From NCBI GenBank assembly GCA_963838925.1, contig CAWISW010000003.1:608001-672000 (forward strand): a stretch of 64,000 nucleotides of DNA. The letters are read 5' to 3'. Within the stretch, counting starts at the first letter, position 1. Each line of letters opens with the position of its first letter. A program made the position numbers and the translations under genes. Positions 58,425 through 64,000 of the stretch are shown here, one piece after another. The DNA is from an uncultured Nitrososphaerota archaeon. GTDB taxonomy: Archaea; Thermoproteota; Nitrososphaeria; Nitrososphaerales; Gagatemarchaeaceae. Below the pieces are notes generated by a model. That model was not told the DNA's origin. It was given only the letters and a program-made list of their open reading frames with translations, and made no database searches.

Positions 58425-60617
58425 ATGCCGAAGTTCAAGTCCACGTCTGAAGCGCTGAAGATCGTCCACAACCGTGAGCAGTTGAGGAACATGGGCATCA
58501 TCGCCCACGTGGACCACGGTAAGACCACCACAGCTGACTCTCTGCTCGCGGCCTGCGGAATGCTCTCCCCCTCGGTGGCCGGCCAGGCGCTCGCCCTCGA
58601 CTACATGGAGCTCGAGCAGCAGAGGCAGATGACCATCAAGGCGGCAAATGTCACGCTTTACTACGAAAAGGACGGGACGCCCTACGTCATCAACCTCATC
58701 GACACTCCGGGGCACATTGACTTCACTGGGAAGGTCACAAGGTCGTTACGGGCCGTAGACGGCGCAATCGTCGTGATTGACTCTGTCGAGGGAATCATGA
58801 CTCAGACCGAGACTGTAACCCGTCAGGCGCTCGAGGAGCGCGTCCGGCCGGTCATGTACATCAACAAGATCGACCGCCTCATCAAGGAGCTCCGCCTCAA
58901 CCCGGAGCAGATGCAAAAATGGCTCTTCAACATCGTCGCCGACTTCAACCGCCTCGTCGAGACCCACGCGGAGCCCCAGTACAGGGAGCTCTGGAAGGTC
59001 AAGATACAGGACTCGATGGTCGCGTTCGGCTCGAGCAAAGACAAGTGGGGCTTCAACTCCGACATCGCGAAGGCCACCGGGATGGGCTTCAAGGACATCT
59101 ACGAGGCCTACACGACCGGCGACCCCAAGACGCTGGGCGAGAGGATGCCCCTCCACGAGGCGCTCCTCGGGATGGTCGTCAAGCACCACCCGCCGCCGCA
59201 CGTGGCGCAGGCCTACCGCATCCCCAAGATCTGGTCGGGCGGCGACCTCAACAGCGACGTCGGCAAGGCCCTGCTGGCCTGCGACGAGAACGGCCCCATG
59301 GTCATGATGGTCACCAACGTCGTCGTCGACCCGGCCGCCGGCCTGGTCGGCGTGGGCAGGCTCTTCTCTGGTCAGGTGAGCAACGGCGACGAGGTCTACC
59401 TCCTCAACTCGAAGCGCGAGGGGAAGATCCAGTCCGTCCAGATATTCATGGGCTTCCAGCGCGAGATAGTCGACACGCTCCCCGCGGGCAACATCCCGGC
59501 CATACTCGGGCTCGACATTCGCTCCGGCGAGACGATCTCCACGCGGAAGGACGTCCAGCCCTTCGAGAGCATCCACTACGTCTCCGAGCCGGTGGTCACC
59601 CAGGCCGTCGAGGCGAAGCACCCGCGCGACCTCCCCAAGCTCGTCGAGGCCATGCGCCGCCTGAACATTGAGGACCCCAACCTCATCATCACCATCAACC
59701 AGGAGAGCGGGGAGACCCTGATGGCGGGCATGGGCGTCCTCCACTTGGAGATTGCCACCACCATGCTCCAGCGGCAGGGGCTGGAGATAATCACCTCGGA
59801 GCCGATCACCAACTACCGCGAGACCATCAGGCAGCCGGCGGGGCCGATAATGAGCAAGTCGCCCAACCGCCACAACAAGATATTCATGAAGGTCGAGCCG
59901 CTCGCCCCGGACATCGTCGAGATGATCCGAAAGGGGGAGCTGAGCGACAACACCGACAAGAAGACGGTGGTCAAGCTCCTCCGCGACCACGGCTGGGACT
60001 CGGACACGTCGCGGACGGTCGTGGAGATAGACAACAAGGGCAACATGCTCTGCGAGGAGACGAAGGGAGTCCAGTTCCTGGCGGAGTCGATGGACACCAT
60101 GCGCTCCGGCTTCGAGGACGTCATGACGAACGGCCCCCTCGCCTACGAGCTCTGCAGGGGGGTCAAGGCGACGCTCACCCACTACGTGCCGCACGAAGAC
60201 GCGGCCCACAGGACCTACGCCCAGCTCATGCCGGCGACCAGGCGCGCCGTCCTCGGCGCGATGCTCCTGGGCAACCCCACCCTCCTCGAGCCCGTCCTGG
60301 GCATAGAGGTCAAGGGCCCCTCCGACCAGATTGGCGCGATCACGGGGGTCATCAGCGGGAAGAGGGGCAAGCTCATCAACATCGAGCAGCGCGAGGCGCT
60401 CACGATCGTGGAGGGAGAGATCCCGGCCGCGGAGACCATGGACCTCAGCCAGGAGATGAGGGGAGCGACGGCGGGGAGGGCGGTCTGGAACACCTACTTC
60501 AAGCTCTGGCAGGCGGTCCCGACCAACCTGCTCCCGGTGCTCGTCGCACAGATCAGGAAGCGCAAGGGCCTGCCCGAGGAAGCCCCGAAGGCCTCCGAGT
60601 TCATCGACAACGAGTAG
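58425..60617 (+). CDS. fusA: archaeal translation elongation factor EF-2
   Basis: AHVDHGKTT, DTPGH, NKID, KSPNRHN, IRKRKGL; 730 aa. Confidence 0.98.
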   Translation: MPKFKSTSEALKIVHNREQLRNMGIIAHVDHGKTTTADSLLAACGMLSPSVAGQALALDYMELEQQRQMTIKAANVTLYYEKDGTPYVINLIDTPGHIDFTGKVTRSLRAVDGAIVVIDSVEGIMTQTETVTRQALEERVRPVMYINKIDRLIKELRLNPEQMQKWLFNIVADFNRLVETHAEPQYRELWKVKIQDSMVAFGSSKDKWGFNSDIAKATGMGFKDIYEAYTTGDPKTLGERMPLHEALLGMVVKHHPPPHVAQAYRIPKIWSGGDLNSDVGKALLACDENGPMVMMVTNVVVDPAAGLVGVGRLFSGQVSNGDEVYLLNSKREGKIQSVQIFMGFQREIVDTLPAGNIPAILGLDIRSGETISTRKDVQPFESIHYVSEPVVTQAVEAKHPRDLPKLVEAMRRLNIEDPNLIITINQESGETLMAGMGVLHLEIATTMLQRQGLEIITSEPITNYRETIRQPAGPIMSKSPNRHNKIFMKVEPLAPDIVEMIRKGELSDNTDKKTVVKLLRDHGWDSDTSRTVVEIDNKGNMLCEETKGVQFLAESMDTMRSGFEDVMTNGPLAYELCRGVKATLTHYVPHEDAAHRTYAQLMPATRRAVLGAMLLGNPTLLEPVLGIEVKGPSDQIGAITGVISGKRGKLINIEQREALTIVEGEIPAAETMDLSQEMRGATAGRAVWNTYFKLWQAVPTNLLPVLVAQIRKRKGLPEEAPKASEFIDNE

Positions 60618-60691
60618 CAATCAGAGGGGGTTCAAGGTTCCTTCCCGTCTATCATATAGATTTATATGATACCGAAGCTCGTCCGGAGTCC

Positions 60692-60976
60692 GTGACTACG
60701 CAGTCGGCAGGCTCCCTACAGGAAGGCCACTGGCCGAACCTTCAGACGCTACTGATGATTGAGAAGGCCATAAAGGAGGCCGACATTCCGCCGAAGAGAA
60801 CTGCGCTCTGGAGGTCGCTGCCGAGAAGACCGATGTACCAGACCTTCAAGAAGGCTATCGATTACCTTGATGCTTCCGGGAAGATCATGATCGACAGAAA
60901 TGACAGAGTTGTCTGGGTGGCAGCCGAGAGCCCCAAGCTTCGAGCGCTCTTCGACAAGGCCGTCCCGCTTCGCTGA
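60692..60976 (+). CDS. small winged-helix DNA-binding protein (candidate antitoxin/regulator)
   Basis: PNLQTLLMIE...LWRSLPRRPMYQTFKKAIDYL..SGKI. Confidence 0.7.
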   Translation: MTTQSAGSLQEGHWPNLQTLLMIEKAIKEADIPPKRTALWRSLPRRPMYQTFKKAIDYLDASGKIMIDRNDRVVWVAAESPKLRALFDKAVPLR

Positions 60977-60987
60977 AGCACTCATGA

Positions 60988-61320
60988 TCAATAGTGAAAC
61001 CTTCGCTCGTAGCTCTTGTGGTCAGGAAATATCTCAATCACTCTGATGACGTATCTGTCTCCCTCTCGTCTGATGGTGTAGGAAGCTCGCATTGCCCGGT
61101 CGATTTCATATCTGAAGAGATTCACGATGTCTTCGTAGGCCGGATGCTTTGGCCAAAGGCCTCTAGGAATGTAATCGCCTGCATCAACCCTTTCTTTCAA
61201 CGTCTCCAACATGCCTTTGACCTTCTTTCTCGTTTCGCCCTCGGGAAGGGAGCCTAGCCAATCGAGGCATCCCTGATCTAGGCGTACCTCGATGTTCCGA
61301 GGCTTAGGCTTCGAAGGCAA
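60988..61320 (-). CDS. RelE/ParE-like toxin
   Basis: LETLKE...NLFRYEI..AMRASYTI...DHKSYERRFHY. Confidence 0.65.
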   Translation of the reverse strand: MPSKPKPRNIEVRLDQGCLDWLGSLPEGETRKKVKGMLETLKERVDAGDYIPRGLWPKHPAYEDIVNLFRYEIDRAMRASYTIRREGDRYVIRVIEIFPDHKSYERRFHY

Positions 61321-61378
61321 TCAATTACAAGAAATTGAATTCTAAACATAAGCATAACCGAACGTTCGGCTCAGAACT

Positions 61379-61402
61379 TCCGAGTTCATCGACAACGAAT
61401 GA
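61379..61402 (+). repeat. duplicated fusA 3' end (attR-like scar)
   Basis: TCCGAGTTCATCGACAACGA identical to 60594-60613, then A-TGA instead of G-TAG (SEFIDNE* in both). Confidence 0.88.
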
Positions 61403-61488
61403 TGTTGTGAGTTGGTCCCTGGTTTTCCTTGTTCTCGGGCCGTAATTCCTGCTGAACCCTTATTACTCCAGCGTGGACCAAGGGGCTC

Positions 61489-61785
61489 ATGCGTTTCCTT
61501 GTCATGGAGAAAGTTCGTGCCGGAGTCCAGATTGACATGAAGGACTTTGCGAAGTTGGCGGTAGACGACCTTCAGTACAAGCGGAAGCTCGAGAAGGAGG
61601 GCAAGATAATCGGCGGGCCATTCCTTGATGTCCTCGGGGTGGGCTACGTCTTGGAGACCAAGAGCATCGAAGAATTGGGCGAGATCTTCTTTGGTTCTCC
61701 CTCCAACCTGATGATGGACAGGGAAGTCCATCCCCTGGGTTCCTTCAAGGACAGTCTTGAAGGAATGAAAGAGATGCGGAAGTAA
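61489..61785 (+). CDS. dimeric alpha/beta barrel protein (muconolactone isomerase/YCII-like)
   Basis: MRFLV...LEKEGKIIGG...ETKSIEEL...EVHPL. Confidence 0.65.
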   Translation: MRFLVMEKVRAGVQIDMKDFAKLAVDDLQYKRKLEKEGKIIGGPFLDVLGVGYVLETKSIEELGEIFFGSPSNLMMDREVHPLGSFKDSLEGMKEMRK

Positions 61786-61789
61786 GTTC

Positions 61790-62137
61790 TCAGTAGCTCG
61801 TCGCGCCTACGTCCAGCTTCGAGATCTTCCCTTTCTCCACGACGAACCGCCAGAACGTCTTGAAGTCTCCCCACTTGTCGGAGTGGTACCTCGCGTAGAA
61901 GGTCAGCCCGCCGTCCTCAACCTTGTCTATCGCGATGAGGTAGGCGAGCGAGCGGCCGAAGAGCTCCTCCTCGCACCACTTTGCGAGGTCGCGGGGGACG
62001 CCGTCGTCGGAGAACCTGGCCTTCTCGGAGAAGAGCGCGAACCAGCGCCTCTTGTCCCTCTCGTGGAGGGCCGCTATGGCTGAGAGGACGACGGGGTCGC
62101 TAATCGAGCTGAGGCCTTTCGGGGGTGCTGGCTTCAT
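61790..62137 (-). CDS. NTF2/SnoaL-like protein
   Basis: WFALFSEKARFSDDG; WGDFKTFWRFVVEKGKISKL. Confidence 0.75.
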   Translation of the reverse strand: MKPAPPKGLSSISDPVVLSAIAALHERDKRRWFALFSEKARFSDDGVPRDLAKWCEEELFGRSLAYLIAIDKVEDGGLTFYARYHSDKWGDFKTFWRFVVEKGKISKLDVGATSY

Positions 62138-62142
62138 CTAGG

Positions 62143-62586
62143 TCACTGGACGCAGAACTCGTTGCCCTCAGGGTCGAGCATCACCACGCAGTACTCCCCC
62201 GGCTCGTCCACTACGCGCTCCTTCGTAGCCCCCAGGGCGAGTACGCGGTCGACTTCTCTGTCCACTTCCTCCTTGCGCAGTTGGATGGACACCCGTGAGC
62301 CACTGGAGGCGTTCACATCGATGTGCAACCGGTTCTTCCCGAACTTGGGGGTGTCCATCTGCTGGAAATAAATGCGCGGCCCCTTCCCCATCGGGTCGAC
62401 GATAGAGCTGGCGGAGTTCCAGTCCTCCTCCGGGACGCCGTTCGCCTTGAGCCACTCCTCCCACGTGCCGAACCCCTTGGGAGGTTCCTGCTCCTTGTAG
62501 TGGAGCACCTTGGCGTAGAAGCCCGCGAGGGCTGCGGGATCTCTGCAGTCGAAGACGACCTGCACTCCGTGCGCCACGTTGGGCAA
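62143..62586 (-). CDS. VOC family protein
   Basis: VFDCRDPAALAGFY; KNRLHIDV; DPEGNEFCV. Confidence 0.9.
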   Translation of the reverse strand: MPNVAHGVQVVFDCRDPAALAGFYAKVLHYKEQEPPKGFGTWEEWLKANGVPEEDWNSASSIVDPMGKGPRIYFQQMDTPKFGKNRLHIDVNASSGSRVSIQLRKEEVDREVDRVLALGATKERVVDEPGEYCVVMLDPEGNEFCVQ

Positions 62587-62672
62587 TAGTGCGAGTCTCG
62601 CTAATATGATTTTTCAGGCTCTCCTCGCTCATCGGTGCGCTTATACGCGCCCCTAGGTGACCAGCGGTCGTC

Positions 62673-63140
62673 TTGGCCGCAGCTAGCAACCGTAACCCAT
62701 ACGACACCTACAACTTCATGGTGGAGGTAGCGGGCGTCACTCAGCCGACCACGGGGCTGTTCACGGAGTGCATCCTCCCGGTCGCATCCATCGACGTCGT
62801 CGAGTACAGGGAGGGAGCGGACCCCATGAACAACGTCCACAAGCTTCCCGGCCTCGTTCGGTACGGCAACCTCGTGCTCAAGCGCGGCCTCGCCGACTCG
62901 ATGGCCCTGTGGACCTGGTTCACCTCCTTCGTCAACGGGACGGGGACCCCGACGCCGATCACCGTGACGCTCTTCGACAGGGCGAAGACTCCCGTCATCA
63001 AGTGGAGCTTCAACAACGCCTGGCCCTCGAAGTACGAGTCGCCGCCACTCAACGCCAAGACGAGCGCGCTGGCGATAGAGACCCTGGAGATCGCCGTGGA
63101 CAGCGTCGTCGTCTCGGGCGCGACCTCCCAAGAGACCTAG
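62673..63140 (+). CDS. T4 gp19-like contractile tail tube protein (eCIS Afp1/Afp5 type)
   Basis: PYDTYNFMVEV, EYREG, KLPGLVRYGNLVLKRG, LWTW, NAWPSKY, LAIETLEI. Confidence 0.92.
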   Translation: MAAASNRNPYDTYNFMVEVAGVTQPTTGLFTECILPVASIDVVEYREGADPMNNVHKLPGLVRYGNLVLKRGLADSMALWTWFTSFVNGTGTPTPITVTLFDRAKTPVIKWSFNNAWPSKYESPPLNAKTSALAIETLEIAVDSVVVSGATSQET

Positions 63141-63155
63141 TCGAAGGGAACTGGC

Positions 63156-63557
63156 ACGGACCGAGGACCTTCTAGCGCGGGAGTCCCGAACCAGGCGAGG
63201 CCGAGGGTCATCCTCGACGTGGACTTCGACAGGGGGTTCTTCTTCTTCGTCCTCAAGAACATAGGGGACGAGCCAGCAACCAAGGTCGTGACCAAGATAG
63301 GCGGGAAGATAATCGGGCCCGACGGCAAGAAGGTCCTCAACGACCTGGCCATCTTCCGCAGCCTCGAGTTCATCCCGCCGGGCAAGGAGTTCCGCATCCT
63401 CGTGGGCTCCGCTGCGACCTACTTGGCGACCAAGCAGCCAACGAAGTTCGTCGCCGCGATGACCTACTCAGACTCTAGCAACAACAAGTACGAGGAGACC
63501 ATCAACCACGACCTCTCGATATACTCGGACCTGCCGCACTCCGTCGAGCGCGAGTGA
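63156..63557 (+). CDS. hypothetical protein downstream of the tube gene (start uncertain)
   Basis: RPRVILDVDFD...LKNIGDEPA...EFIPPGKE...HDLSIY; same frame as the tube gene; first canonical start GTG 63219. Confidence 0.7.
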   Translation, partial: TDRGPSSAGVPNQARPRVILDVDFDRGFFFFVLKNIGDEPATKVVTKIGGKIIGPDGKKVLNDLAIFRSLEFIPPGKEFRILVGSAATYLATKQPTKFVAAMTYSDSSNNKYEETINHDLSIYSDLPHSVERE

Positions 63558-63579
63558 ACGCCGCCCTCTCCTAGAGCCG

Positions 63580-64000
63580 CTAGTGCTTCAGGGGCTCTAG
63601 GGCGGATATCGCGACAGGGGGAGTCTTCTTGAAATCGTCCCACTGCTGCTTCGTGAGCTTGAAGAAGTCCGCGCCGAAGACCAGGGTGAGGCTCTGCCCA
63701 ATGTCGGGGCGCCCCTTCGGGAACTCGACGATGAGGTGGAAGCTCAGCCCGGGGTCCTCGTGGAAAACCACGACCGAGCTGATCTCCTTGACGAGCTTCT
63801 CCGCCGAGTAGGGGGTGCTCAGGAGCTCGTTCTCCAGCGTGTCTATGAGCACCTTGTACCCGCCCCTCGCGTGGTGCGTGGAGCCCCTCAGCTGGGTGCC
63901 CAGAGGCGGGAGCTCGTAGCTCAGCCCGTATGTCTTCGCGAGCCGGTCGAGCTCGGTGGTCTTGAGGAAGTCGACCAGCCCGGGATGGTCCCCGGTGGTC
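63580..64000 (-). CDS. hypothetical protein, 5' part outside the window
   Basis: frame open to the window edge. Confidence 0.6.
   Translation of the reverse strand, partial: TTGDHPGLVDFLKTTELDRLAKTYGLSYELPPLGTQLRGSTHHARGGYKVLIDTLENELLSTPYSAEKLVKEISSVVVFHEDPGLSFHLIVEFPKGRPDIGQSLTLVFGADFFKLTKQQWDDFKKTPPVAISALEPLKH

Noticed and set aside
58746-60620. 624-aa antisense ORF over fusA (also 17486-19117, 3434-4408 and similar)
   Set aside because: Shadow ORFs expected from high GC at third codon positions; no motifs.
63138-63140. Pyrrolysine recoding of the in-frame TAG
   Set aside because: No pyl genes are visible, and TAG ends many ordinary genes here (ppcA, aguA, fusA).
62673-63557. Prophage
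   Set aside because: Only a tube gene; no capsid, terminase, portal or integrase, and the flanks are ordinary VOC and NTF2 genes.
1-64000. tRNA, rRNA or IS elements
   Set aside because: No cloverleaf, rRNA-like segment or transposase motif recognised by eye; tRNAscan-SE and ISEScan would be decisive.

Overview
High-GC archaeal chromosomal window. The EF-2 N-terminus (MPKFKST...AHVDHGKTT), the archaeal-type PEP carboxylase and TATA boxes about 22-26 nt ahead of mostly leaderless ATG/TTG/GTG starts suggest a Nitrososphaerota (Thaumarchaeota)-like, probably non-ammonia-oxidising lineage; this assignment is inference. Bases 1-43 kb hold metabolic and transport genes (ppcA-aguB-aguA, DUF1800-DUF1501-cupredoxin, pncA, amidase, three MFS, an APC permease, an orphan N4-C methyltransferase) and many Ser/Thr-rich surface proteins. 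Bases ~42-47 kb are a mosaic hotspot with a triple array of a tiny two-gene module that the ORF track mostly misses, plus several orphan gene ends copied from diverged alleles of neighbouring genes. Bases ~47.8-58 kb are an AT-richer defence island (frameshifted UvrD/helicase IV-like gene, SIR2 protein, type ISP/IIG R-M enzyme). These are followed by fusA, a toxin/regulator islet bounded by a duplicated fusA 3' end, and an orphan contractile-tail tube gene. I saw no rRNA, tRNA, CRISPR array, integrase or transposase. Family calls come from motif recognition by eye, not database searches.
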